Of a DNA stretch of 64,000 nt, positions 44,950-53,945 are shown one piece after another. The number at the start of each line of letters is the position of its first letter. Within the stretch, counting starts at the first letter, position 1. This stretch comes from Gemmatimonadota bacterium. Lineage in GTDB: Bacteria; Gemmatimonadota; Gemmatimonadetes; Palauibacterales; Palauibacteraceae. A program made the translations under genes and the position numbers. The stretch lies in assembly GCA_039588275.1 (NCBI GenBank), contig JBDHAC010000007.1, forward strand, positions 12,672-76,671, given 5' to 3'. The notes under the pieces were generated by a model. That model was not told where the DNA came from. It worked only from the letters and a program-made list of their open reading frames with translations, and made no database searches.

Positions 44950-47247
44950 TCAGCCCCCGCCGTTCGACCGCTCCGACGCTCGTGCGGCGATCACCGCACG
45001 AGCGCGCGCTGCCGAGAGCACCTCCGTGAGGCGCTCCGGCTCACGATCGATCACTTGAAAGACTTCGGCGCCAAAGCGGTCGACCAGAGCCTCGGCCGTC
45101 CGACGACCCACGCCGCTGTAGTTACGGATCATGTGCGCGATCGGGTCGGAGGTCGACTCCGACGGCTTCTTCGAGGCCGATGTCGTCGGCTCACTGCGTC
45201 GCTTCTCTTCCGATGCACCGTCAGGGGAGGCGGGTTCCCACGCCTGGCCGGGAGACTCGGCTTTCGCCGGGCCGGAAGACGCGGCACCACCAACTGGGCC
45301 CGATGCCCCGATGACGGGGCCTTTGCGCCCGACCGAGCCGGTGCGGTACCGGCCCATGCCGCGTCGCTCGGGAGGCCGATCGGCCGGCCCGTGGGCGGTG
45401 GGCTCTGGAGTTGGCGGTCTCGTAGGTTCGGGAGACGGCTGCGAGTGCGCCTTCGGCGATTGCCGTGCCGGCTCGGAAGACTGCGGCCGGGACCGGGATC
45501 GCTCGGCACGGGGCTTCCTCGACGGCTCTTCACGTGGCTTCTGCGATCGCTCGGCCCGCTCCTTCGGCGGCCGCTCGGGGCGCCGCTTCTGGGACCGGTC
45601 CTCACGCGGCTTCTGGGACCGGTCAGCGCGCGGTTTCGGCGGCTGTTCTCCCCGCGGCTTCCGGGATCGGTCGGCGCCCTGTTTGCGAGACCGTTCCGCA
45701 CCTTGCTTCCGAGAGCGGTCCGCAGGTCGCTTCCCCGACCGCTCGCCTCGTGGGGTGGCGGGCCGCTTCGTGGGCTCTCCCGCCTTCTCACCGGACCGTG
45801 TCGACTGCCCGTCGTCCGCCGGGGTATCCGGTCCGGGCTCGGCGGCCTTCGCGCCCGCGGGCGCGGATGGGGCACCCGGGCCTCCCCGGATTCGGCCGAG
45901 CGTCCGACGAGCCACCTTCTTTGCCGCGGCAAACGCGGAGCCGCCACCGGACTGCGGGGTCTCGGCTGCTGCTGCACCCGCAGCGGGTCGCCCCTTTTCA
46001 CCTTCGTCCGCCGGCTCGGACCCGACGCCCTGACGCGCACGATCCGAGCGGCCTCCTCCCCCACGATCGCCGCCCCCACCCCGCCGACCCCGGCGGGACG
46101 ATCCCTTCCCGGCCTTCGCGGGAGTGAGGTAGAAATTGCCGTCGTCCCCCTGCCTTAGACTCACGATGCCGTCGTCGTCCGCCTGCTTCAGAAAGCGGTT
46201 GAACTTGTTGAATCCGAGGGCACCTTCGTCGAACGTCGCGTCACGTTCGAGCAGACGCCGCTTCACCATCGAGTCACGCACCGCGTCGGACCCGTCGAAG
46301 AGCTCGGTCACGACGGTCGCCAACTCATCGTACGCCCGGCCGAGAGCCACCTCGGGTACGTCGGGACCGCTTGCCTCGCGGCCAGTGGCGGCGGCCGCGG
46401 TCGCGGCTTCCGAATCGGGCGCCGTCTTCACGCCAGCCGCCTCGGTCGGGGCTTCGGTATCCTCTCGTCGGGCCGCTCCATGGCCCCGTGATACCTCGTA
46501 TTGCCCGCTCTCGCCTTTGCGGAGGCGGATGAGGTCTCGGTGGGCCGCCTCGGTCAGGAAGCGATTGAATTTGGTGAAGCCGGCCGTTTTCTCGTCGAAG
46601 GTCGGATCGATCTCGAGCATGACCTGCTTGAGCCGATCCGAGCGCATGACGTCCTTGCGCTTGACCATTCGTTCTATCGCATGCACGACGAGCTCCCACG
46701 GATCCAGCCGTTCCGTGGGCATATCCGCGGCGGACGTGAGCCCGCCCAGCGTGTTGTAGCTGTAGTACTCGTCGCAATTCTGGACCAGGATATCCGAGGT
46801 GGATTCCTGCAGCCCGACCCCGATCACGTACTTCCCGTACTCCTTCAGCTTCAGGACGAGACTCGAGAAATCCGAATCACCCGAGAGCAGGATGAACGTG
46901 CCGATCTCGGGTCGGGTGAAGACGAGCTCGAGCGCGTCGATCGCGAGGCGGATGTCCGTCGCGTTCTTGCGGGATGATCCGTACGCCGGAGCGAAGATCA
47001 GGTCGATCGACGCCTCGGAGAGCGAGACGATGTACTGGGGATAGCGCCGCCAGTCCGCGTACGCGCGCTGTACGGCCACCTTCCCTTTGATGAGCTGGGA
47101 ATCCAGCAGTTTGCGGAGCTCCTGACCCAGGTTGGATCGGATCCCCATGGTGACGTTGTCGAAATCGATCAGTAAGGCCGCGTTATGAGACGGCCGCTCG
47201 GAGGGTTGGGCGCCCATGTGGGGGGCGCGCACGAATTCGTTATTCAT
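44950..47247 (-). CDS. NYN (LabA-like) nuclease domain + two OST-HTH/LOTUS domains + long basic repeat region + C-terminal helix-hairpin-helix
   Basis: NYN motifs: LLIDFDNV, NATDIRLAIDALEL and ILLSGDSDFSSLVLKL. LOTUS-like motifs: DPTFDEKTAGFTKFNRFL and DATFDEGALGFNKFNRFL. The HhH tail reads YSGVGRRTAEALVDRFGAEVFQVIDREPERLTEV. Confidence 0.88.
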   Translation of the reverse strand: MNNEFVRAPHMGAQPSERPSHNAALLIDFDNVTMGIRSNLGQELRKLLDSQLIKGKVAVQRAYADWRRYPQYIVSLSEASIDLIFAPAYGSSRKNATDIRLAIDALELVFTRPEIGTFILLSGDSDFSSLVLKLKEYGKYVIGVGLQESTSDILVQNCDEYYSYNTLGGLTSAADMPTERLDPWELVVHAIERMVKRKDVMRSDRLKQVMLEIDPTFDEKTAGFTKFNRFLTEAAHRDLIRLRKGESGQYEVSRGHGAARREDTEAPTEAAGVKTAPDSEAATAAAATGREASGPDVPEVALGRAYDELATVVTELFDGSDAVRDSMVKRRLLERDATFDEGALGFNKFNRFLKQADDDGIVSLRQGDDGNFYLTPAKAGKGSSRRGRRGGGGDRGGGGRSDRARQGVGSEPADEGEKGRPAAGAAAAETPQSGGGSAFAAAKKVARRTLGRIRGGPGAPSAPAGAKAAEPGPDTPADDGQSTRSGEKAGEPTKRPATPRGERSGKRPADRSRKQGAERSRKQGADRSRKPRGEQPPKPRADRSQKPREDRSQKRRPERPPKERAERSQKPREEPSRKPRAERSRSRPQSSEPARQSPKAHSQPSPEPTRPPTPEPTAHGPADRPPERRGMGRYRTGSVGRKGPVIGASGPVGGAASSGPAKAESPGQAWEPASPDGASEEKRRSEPTTSASKKPSESTSDPIAHMIRNYSGVGRRTAEALVDRFGAEVFQVIDREPERLTEVLSAARARAVIAARASERSNGGG
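45490..45760. repeat. Degenerate tandem coding repeats (about 27-30 bp units) giving R/K/P/E/S-rich peptide repeats
   Basis: At the protein level: DRSRKQGAERSRKQGADRSRKPRGEQPPKPRADRSQKPREDRSQKRRPERPPKERAERSQKPREEPSRKPRAERSRS. At the DNA level, for example, CGCTTCTGGGACCGGTC and CGGCTTCTGGGACCGGTC are adjacent. Confidence 0.75.
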
Positions 47248-47472
47248 GTCCTCTCTTCAGTTGCTGTGGGGGCAGCCGATCCGCCGAAGCGGGCGAGAGG
47301 CCCCCCGTCCTCGCCTCCGACCGACCGGCCGAAGGGGATGGCACGAGGGGTCTCACACCGACCGCTTCCCCGTTTCCTTTTGCTTCTCTCTACGAAGTTC
47401 TCTTTTGCGTCCGGCCTTTTGGCACCCCGGCTCGGATCCGCGATCTGGTCGCGGGCTCGGCCTGGCGCCCCC

Positions 47473-49107
47473 TCAGCCTCGATCCGCGGAATCGGACGCG
47501 ACTTCCGCACGGACGATGCGGGCCAGCTCGACGCGGCGCGCACGTTGCTCCGAGGCCTCCGGAAACTCATCCATGAATAGGACGATATCCGGCACTTTGT
47601 ATTTCGTGACCGAGCCGCGGCAGTAGCCGCGTAGCTCGTCGGCCGTGATCAGCGCCCCCTCTACGGGGACGACGCAGGCGCATACGAGCTCGCCAAGCAC
47701 TTCGTTCGGCACCCCGAGCACGACGGCGTCGGTCACCGCCGGGTGAGAGCGCAGCAGATCCTCGAGCTCGCGAGGATGCACGTTGTACCCCCCGCGAATG
47801 ATCACGTCGCTCAACCGACCGACGATGTGCAGGTAGCCCTCTGCGTCGATCATGGCAAGGTCACCCGTTCGCAGGAAGCCGTCGGGAGTCATTGCCGACG
47901 CCGTCACCGACGGTTGGCGGAAGTAGCCCTGCATGACGTTGAACCCGCGCACTCCTAGCTCGCCCACGGACTCGGCGGGCAGCGCTTCCCCTTCCTCGTC
48001 GAGAATGACGACCTCGACGCCGGGGAGTGGCCGGCCCACCGTCTGAACCCGCTTCGCGGGTGCGTCATCCGGTCGGGTGATCGACACCGTCGGAGACGTC
48101 TCCGTGAGCCCGTACGCGATCTCGATCCCGGCCGTGAAGCGGTCACGCACATCCCGCGCCAACTCCTCACGCACGGGCGCGCCGGCGACGATCCCACCCC
48201 GCAGCGACGAGAGGTCGCGCTTCGACCCCTCGGCCTCCCGGAGCTGCATGACGAACATCGTCGGAACGCCGTGATCGATGGACACTCGGTGGCGCTCGAT
48301 CAGCTCGAGGGATTCCTCCGCCTCGAATTTCTCCTGGAGCACGAGGGCCGACTCGGACACGAGCGCGGTGAGCAGGGCGGCCGACAGCCCGAAGATGTGG
48401 TAGAGCGGTACGGCACACAGCGTTACGTCGGCCGGAGTCAGGCTCAAGGCTTCCGCCGTCGCGCCGGCGGTCCGCAGCAGGTTTTCGTGCGTCAGCACGA
48501 CCCCTTTCGGCGTGCCCGTGGTTCCCGGCGTGTACAGGATCGCGTACGGATCCTCCTCCGGGTTGACCTCCGCCGGCTCGAACTCGCGCCCTCGGCCGCT
48601 CGCCACCAGGTCCTCGAACTGGTAGATCCGGTCGTCGTACCAGAGATCCTCTTCGCCGACCGTGACGAGATACTGCAGGTCGGGCAGGTCGACGAGGAGC
48701 GTCTCGAACACCTGAAGATAGTCCACGCCATCGAAGTGTTCGGCCGTGATCGCGACCGACGCCTCGGAGTTCCGGAGCATGTACTGCAACTCGCGGGGGG
48801 TGTGGCCCGGGTTCAGCGGTACGATCGTCGCTCCCAATTCAGCCGCCGCGAGCGTGGAAATGACGAACTCCGGCCAGTTCGGCATGTCGATCGCGATCCG
48901 ATCGCCCCGCTCGATGCCGAGGTTGTGTAGCCCCACGGCCAGCGCCCGGGCTTGCGTGGCGGCGTGGGCATAGCTCCAGGTGCGCTCCCCGAAGATGAGG
49001 AACGGCGCCTCGGGGCGGCCCTCGGCCGCAACTCTCAGGGCTTCCGCGACGGTCAACGTCTCTGTCCTGGCCGGCTCTGCGACTGGCACAACCCTCTCGC
49101 TTGGCAA
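47473..49107 (-). CDS. AMP-dependent acyl-CoA synthetase/ligase (medium/long-chain type)
   Basis: Motifs LYTPGTTGTPKGVVLTHENL, AYGLTETSP, LRTGDLA and KYKVPD. Confidence 0.92.
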   Translation of the reverse strand: MPSERVVPVAEPARTETLTVAEALRVAAEGRPEAPFLIFGERTWSYAHAATQARALAVGLHNLGIERGDRIAIDMPNWPEFVISTLAAAELGATIVPLNPGHTPRELQYMLRNSEASVAITAEHFDGVDYLQVFETLLVDLPDLQYLVTVGEEDLWYDDRIYQFEDLVASGRGREFEPAEVNPEEDPYAILYTPGTTGTPKGVVLTHENLLRTAGATAEALSLTPADVTLCAVPLYHIFGLSAALLTALVSESALVLQEKFEAEESLELIERHRVSIDHGVPTMFVMQLREAEGSKRDLSSLRGGIVAGAPVREELARDVRDRFTAGIEIAYGLTETSPTVSITRPDDAPAKRVQTVGRPLPGVEVVILDEEGEALPAESVGELGVRGFNVMQGYFRQPSVTASAMTPDGFLRTGDLAMIDAEGYLHIVGRLSDVIIRGGYNVHPRELEDLLRSHPAVTDAVVLGVPNEVLGELVCACVVPVEGALITADELRGYCRGSVTKYKVPDIVLFMDEFPEASEQRARRVELARIVRAEVASDSADRG

Positions 49108-49182
49108 TCCGGGCTCGTCGTCCCTTGCAGGCCGCGGAGGAACTCGCGCGCCGCGGGCCTCATAGCCTGCAATCGTCTTAAT

Positions 49183-50322
49183 CTAGGCCTGGGCCGGCGG
49201 ACGTAAAGCGGCGGCCACCCACTCCTCACCCGATTCGGGCGAGATCTCGAACGTATGGCTCCCCTCGGGCGAGGTCGCTACCTCGCCCAGCCGATGGAGC
49301 AGCACGCAGCGTACCCGGCCACCCCTGGCCTTCTTGTCACGCACGAGGGCGTGCCAGACGTGCGACGGGGATCGCTCCTCCTCCCAAAGCCGATCCAGCT
49401 CACAGGCCTCGAGCAGATGCTCGATTCGAGGCGAAGTTTCCGGCTCGGTCACGCCGATTTGCTCACCGAGGCGTGCCTCGACGCGCATGCCGGACGCGAC
49501 GGCCTCGCCGTGCAGCACGGCGTATCCCCCGAGAAGCTCGAGCGCATGCCCGATCGTGTGACCGAAGTTCAGGATGGCGCGCCTGTCGGTCTCGGTCGGG
49601 TCCGCGCTCACCACATCGATCTTGTGGCTCACCACCCGGCGGATGAGCGCCTCCAGGCAATCCTCGTCACCATCCAGGAGCGACCCCGCGTTCCCTTCGA
49701 TCCACTCCCACAGATCGAGGTCGAGGATCGCCGCGGTCTTGATCGCTTCGGCCAGACCGGCGGCCCGCTGGTGGCGTGGCAGCGAGTGCAGCAGGTGCGG
49801 GTCGATCAGCACGAACGACGGGTGATGGAAGGCGCCCACCAGGTTCTTTCCAGCCTCGGTATCCACGCCCGTCTTGCCCCCCACCGAGCTGTCCAGCATC
49901 GCGAGCAGGGTGGTCGGGACCTGGACGACGGGAACGCCCCGCATGTAGGTGGCCGCCAGGAAGCCCGCCAGATCGCCCGTGACGCCCCCGCCGAGCGCGA
50001 TCACGGCCGTATCCCGGCCAAACCCGCCGAGCAGCATGCGGTCCGAGAGCTCCGCCCACGTCTCCCGCGTCTTGTTCCACTCGCCGGCCGGGAACGGTAC
50101 CAGCTCCACTTCCGCCCCAGCCGCCTTCATCGAGGCCAGCGCCGCATCGCCATAAAGGCGAGCGACCTGGGAGTCGGCGATCAGGGCGTACCGGTGAGCG
50201 TCGAGCGACCGAGTGCACAGCTCGCCCAGTCGCTCCAGGCCCCCGATTTCCAGATGGACCTCGTACGCGGATGCTTCGGTGTCGGGCTGCTCGATCAGCA
50301 ACGGTTCGAGATCGACGTTCAC
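49183..50322 (-). CDS. aroB: 3-dehydroquinate synthase
   Basis: Motifs GGGVTGDLAGFLAATYMRGVPVVQVPTTLLAMLDSSVGGKTGVD and NFGHTIGHALE. Confidence 0.95.
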   Translation of the reverse strand: MNVDLEPLLIEQPDTEASAYEVHLEIGGLERLGELCTRSLDAHRYALIADSQVARLYGDAALASMKAAGAEVELVPFPAGEWNKTRETWAELSDRMLLGGFGRDTAVIALGGGVTGDLAGFLAATYMRGVPVVQVPTTLLAMLDSSVGGKTGVDTEAGKNLVGAFHHPSFVLIDPHLLHSLPRHQRAAGLAEAIKTAAILDLDLWEWIEGNAGSLLDGDEDCLEALIRRVVSHKIDVVSADPTETDRRAILNFGHTIGHALELLGGYAVLHGEAVASGMRVEARLGEQIGVTEPETSPRIEHLLEACELDRLWEEERSPSHVWHALVRDKKARGGRVRCVLLHRLGEVATSPEGSHTFEISPESGEEWVAAALRPPAQA

Positions 50323-50329
50323 GGTGACG

Positions 50330-51715
50330 CTATTGTTCCGAGAGCTCCACGCGCGCCAGCGCTTCGAGGAGCTGCGGAGACGTTCCGCGTGGAACGTCCT
50401 GGATCACCACGCCGGACCGCCCTCCCAGCGAAACCCGTTCAACCCGCACCTGGCGCGCACTTTCGGGCGGGGACGAGGAGCCGATCTCCAACCCGTACCG
50501 CGCACGGTACGCAGCCCGGGCCGCCTCCGCGAACTCGTCAGCCTCGGCGTCCGCATCCCATACGCTCACCCAGACCAGCACCTCTCCCTCGGGTCCCCGC
50601 AGCAATCGATACGCATCTCCGTCCCAGCCGCCAGCCGCAGTCTCCCCCAGGGCGTCGTCCCCGAGGTGCTGCGCCAAGAAGACGCGGGTTTCCAGCTCGC
50701 CGAGGCCGTTCGCGTAGACCTCCTCCCAACCGGGCGGGGCGGGCCGGCTGAAGACGACTTCGGTCGGGTGATCCCCGTCGATGTACCGGTCCAGGTGCAG
50801 GACCTGCTCGGTCGACCTGGGCAGACCATCGCCGAAGGGGAGCGGGCGCCCGTCCCGGGTACTCCAGGCGCGTTGCAGGAACACGAGCCCGCCCACGTAG
50901 GGGAAGATCAACTCCTCCTGGATGACCTGGGGGGCCGATCGCAGGACCGCCACCGATGCCACATCGCCCAACGCCTCGAGGTCGAGGTTCGCGAGTTGAG
51001 CCCCGAGGTCGGGCAGTTGGGTCAGATCGACCGTGCCTCCGGACATCTGCCCCAGCTGCCACTCCATCATCGCGAAGGTGGCGTGGCCCTCGATCGCCGC
51101 CTGCGCAGCCAGGGTGCGATCGTTGGCATCGATGATCTCGCGTCGCAGCGAGTCCAGATCGACGCGCTGATCCTGGAGCGCGTGCACCAGCTCGTGTGCG
51201 AGCACCACCTCGAGTTGTGCGGGCGGAACGTGCTCCAGCACGAACAGCGTGTCAGAGGCCGGATCGTAATAGCCCACGACCTGCTCGCGTAGCAGGGCCT
51301 CGAGCAGCCCGCGTAGATCCAACGTGTCGGGAACCAATCCGAGCCGCGCGTACGTGGCCGTGACCGCCCGCGCGGTCGCCGGTGGAAGCTGCGATTCCAG
51401 CTGCTCCTGCACGTACGTCAAGAGCCGCGCCGAGTCCGCACGCGCCACTTGAAGCGGCCGAACGGCGGCAATTCCGCTCGCGAGCTCCACCGCGGGCAGG
51501 ATCTCGTTCAGGAGCCGTGTGAGCGTCGAGTCGCTCGCCGTTTGGGCATGCGCGGGTTCCTGCGCCGACGTGGACGCCTGGGCCTGCGCGGATGCCTGCC
51601 CGTCCCTGCACCCGGCGTGCGCGACGAACGCGGCTGCCAGAAGCACCGCCTTACGGCACGTCAGCAGCGTGCGTGCGAAATCCCGGCCGATCGCGTGGAT
51701 AGCCCCGATTCTCAC
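50330..51715 (-). CDS. Secreted HExxH zinc-metalloprotease-like protein, family unknown
   Basis: I trimmed the ORF to GTG 51715 because GGAAGGAGGA lies 7 nt upstream and the longer ORF would overlap folK. It has a signal peptide (AVLLAAAFVAHAG) and the motif LAHELVHALQDQ. Confidence 0.72.
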   Translation of the reverse strand: MRIGAIHAIGRDFARTLLTCRKAVLLAAAFVAHAGCRDGQASAQAQASTSAQEPAHAQTASDSTLTRLLNEILPAVELASGIAAVRPLQVARADSARLLTYVQEQLESQLPPATARAVTATYARLGLVPDTLDLRGLLEALLREQVVGYYDPASDTLFVLEHVPPAQLEVVLAHELVHALQDQRVDLDSLRREIIDANDRTLAAQAAIEGHATFAMMEWQLGQMSGGTVDLTQLPDLGAQLANLDLEALGDVASVAVLRSAPQVIQEELIFPYVGGLVFLQRAWSTRDGRPLPFGDGLPRSTEQVLHLDRYIDGDHPTEVVFSRPAPPGWEEVYANGLGELETRVFLAQHLGDDALGETAAGGWDGDAYRLLRGPEGEVLVWVSVWDADAEADEFAEAARAAYRARYGLEIGSSSPPESARQVRVERVSLGGRSGVVIQDVPRGTSPQLLEALARVELSEQ

Positions 51716-51734
51716 CAGCCCGTCCTCCTTCCCT

Positions 51735-52376
51735 TCAGCCCTCTCGGCCCTGTCGTTTCGCCAACAGGTCGCGTTTTCCAGCGACCCGCGGGCGGATAGC
51801 CGAGGCCTCGTGTCCCGTCGGCATTTGACCGGCAAGAGACACGCCGGAGCGGTCGACACGGTCCGCCAGCTCGGCGATGGTCACCCCGCTCACCGGCTCC
51901 ACCCAGCTCCCCGCGATCTCCGCCAGCGGGACGAGCACGAAGGCCCGTTCGGTGAGCCGTGGGTGCGGAATCCTGAGCGCCGGCTCGGCGACAATCTCCT
52001 CGTCATACAAGAGGATGTCGAGGTCGAGCTCCCGCGGGCCGTACCTGACCTCCCCGGGTCTCCGACCGGCTTCCTGCTCGATTCGCTTCAACTCCAGCAG
52101 GAGATCCTCGGGGGAGTGCCCCGTGACTCCCACGCAGCACGCGTTCAGGAACCGCGGCTGGTCGCGCACGCCCTCGGGATCGGTCTCGTACACCGAGGAG
52201 AACCGCACCCCGCTGACCAGCTCTTCGATCCGCTGCCGGGCCAGCCCGAAGTGAGCCAACCTTTCCCCCACGTTCGACCCCAGGCCCAGTGCGACGCGGG
52301 AGCCTGCGTGAGGAAAGTCCCCATCACCCTTGTGGGGAAACCTTTGCCGGCCGGATCGTGTAGGTGCAGGTGGCAC
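51735..52376 (-). CDS. folK: 2-amino-4-hydroxy-6-hydroxymethyldihydropteridine diphosphokinase (HPPK)
   Basis: Motifs VALGLGSNVG, SSVYETDPEG, QPRFLNACC, GPRELDLDILLY, IPHPRLTERAFVLVPL. The GTG start at 52376 is a guess. The C-terminal extension is unusually long. Confidence 0.82.
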   Translation of the reverse strand: MPPAPTRSGRQRFPHKGDGDFPHAGSRVALGLGSNVGERLAHFGLARQRIEELVSGVRFSSVYETDPEGVRDQPRFLNACCVGVTGHSPEDLLLELKRIEQEAGRRPGEVRYGPRELDLDILLYDEEIVAEPALRIPHPRLTERAFVLVPLAEIAGSWVEPVSGVTIAELADRVDRSGVSLAGQMPTGHEASAIRPRVAGKRDLLAKRQGREG

Positions 52377-52404
52377 TGGAGCCAATCTACCGCGGAAGGG
52401 GCTC

Positions 52405-53583
52405 TTGCACGCCAGACTCCCTGCACGCCGCCGGCGATCCGGCGGCGGTCTTCGACGTTCCCGACCGACCGCTTCGGCAGGTCCGAGATGTAGTGCGCTC
52501 TGGGGCCTCGTTCTCCTGTTGTCGACGGCTCTGTTCGCGGCGGCCACGTCGCTCGCCGCCCAGGACCTGAACCCGCAGTTGATCCGCGCGCGTTGCGAGG
52601 CAATCCACCAGATCGAGAACCAGTCGGTTCTTTACGGCTTCGTCGTGGACGGAGCCACGGAGACGCCGCTGCCGGGCAGCAAGGTACGCCTGAGCTGGGT
52701 GACGGTGGACGGTGTGAGCGATTCGACGTTTCATCAGGCGGAGGCCGACGCGGCGGACGGCGCCTACATCTTCTGCGATGTGCCGCAACAGACGCGCATG
52801 ATCGCCCAGGCCGACGCTCTCGGGCAACTGGGCCGGCCCGTTGACCTCTGGTTCGAGGGTGGGGAGCTGGAGCGCCGTGACCTGATGCTGGCGTTCTGGG
52901 GCGCGAGGGGTGGGCTCGCGGGCCGCCTGATCGACGCGAGCACCGGCGAACCGATACGGGACGCCACGATCGACATCACCAACGCGGAGGTTCAGGCGCT
53001 GAGCGACTCGGACGGGAACTTCCGCATCGACGACCTGGCTACCGGGTCGTTCGAGGCGACCGTCCATCACATCGCGTACGGCGATCCCACCTTTCGGGTA
53101 GAGATCCAGGACCGGCGCACGGCGTTCGTCGAGCTCCGGCTCACTCCGGCCCCGGTCGCGGTGGAGCCGATCGCGGTCATGATCGAGTACCGGCCTCAGT
53201 GGCTGGAGAGCACCGGATTCTACGACCGGGTCGCGAGCCATCTGGGAGAGTTCGTGACGCCCGAAGAGATGGAGACCCATCGCTGGCGACGGTTCAGCGA
53301 GATCCTGCGCAACGTGCCCGGCGTCGAGATCACGCAAGTATGCACACCGCACTGTTCCCAGATCCTTCGCATGAGCACGACGACCCAGTCGCGCTGCATC
53401 CCCACCTTCTATGTGGATGGACGCAGGATGCTGTTTCGCGAGGCCCTGATCGATCTGGACGCGATAGCCCCGGCCAGCGATCTGGAAGCCATGGAAGTGT
53501 ACCGTGGGATCGCGCAGACGCCGCCCCAGTTCTACGGACGCTGCGGATCGGTCGTGATCTGGACGCGGCGCGGCGGCGGCTGA
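52405..53583 (+). CDS. CarboxypepD_reg-like domains + TonB-receptor plug-like C-terminus, no barrel
   Basis: It has a signal peptide (LWGLVLLLSTALFAAATSLAAQ), two Ig-like regulatory-domain signatures (GFVVDGATETPLPGSKVRL; GRLIDASTGEPIRDATIDI), and a C-terminus reading DLEAMEVYRGIAQTPPQFYGRCGSVVIWTRRG. The TTG start at 52405 is a guess. Confidence 0.72.
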   Translation: MHARLPARRRRSGGGLRRSRPTASAGPRCSALWGLVLLLSTALFAAATSLAAQDLNPQLIRARCEAIHQIENQSVLYGFVVDGATETPLPGSKVRLSWVTVDGVSDSTFHQAEADAADGAYIFCDVPQQTRMIAQADALGQLGRPVDLWFEGGELERRDLMLAFWGARGGLAGRLIDASTGEPIRDATIDITNAEVQALSDSDGNFRIDDLATGSFEATVHHIAYGDPTFRVEIQDRRTAFVELRLTPAPVAVEPIAVMIEYRPQWLESTGFYDRVASHLGEFVTPEEMETHRWRRFSEILRNVPGVEITQVCTPHCSQILRMSTTTQSRCIPTFYVDGRRMLFREALIDLDAIAPASDLEAMEVYRGIAQTPPQFYGRCGSVVIWTRRGGG

Positions 53584-53635
53584 GTCGGCCAGCCCGGTCG
53601 CCCCTGCGGTTCCCGCGTCGCAGCGCGCAGAGGCG

Positions 53636-53851
53636 TCAGTGGTCCGCGTCGAGCTGCTTCAGGAAGTCCGGGTTCGAAAGCTCCTCCTCCGTCGCAGGCG
53701 CGATTTGCTCCTTGAGGGGAATGGTGTCTTCGGGGTCATCATCGATGCCGATAGCGCCGCCGGACCCCAGGTCGCAGCCGGTGGCCCAGGAACCAAGGAC
53801 TCCGATGCCGATCCCCAACAGCGCCAGAATACCGACACTTCTTTTCGTCAT
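53636..53851 (-). CDS. Small acidic lipoprotein
   Basis: It has a lipobox (GVLGSWATGC), and GGAGGG lies 6 nt upstream of the ATG. The protein is 71 aa. Confidence 0.5.
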   Translation of the reverse strand: MTKRSVGILALLGIGIGVLGSWATGCDLGSGGAIGIDDDPEDTIPLKEQIAPATEEELSNPDFLKQLDADH

Positions 53852-53858
53852 ATGCCCT

Positions 53859-53882
53859 CCTGCACATCGCCCTGCACATCGC
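53859..53882. repeat. Perfect 12-bp tandem repeat x2
   Basis: CCTGCACATCGC occurs at 53859-53870 and 53871-53882. This lies in the 5' leader of the small lipoprotein gene. Confidence 0.9.
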
Positions 53883-53945
53883 CCCTTCAGACCTTAACAT
53901 AGGGGCCCGGGCGCGTCCGTAGTATACCGGGACCGGTCTGAGTTC

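Noticed and set aside
51716-51859. Upstream extension of the HExxH protein ORF, overlapping the folK 3' end by about 125 nt.
   Set aside because: The internal GTG at 51715 has a near-perfect Shine-Dalgarno sequence (GGAAGGAGGA) and is followed immediately by a signal peptide. The extension has no features.
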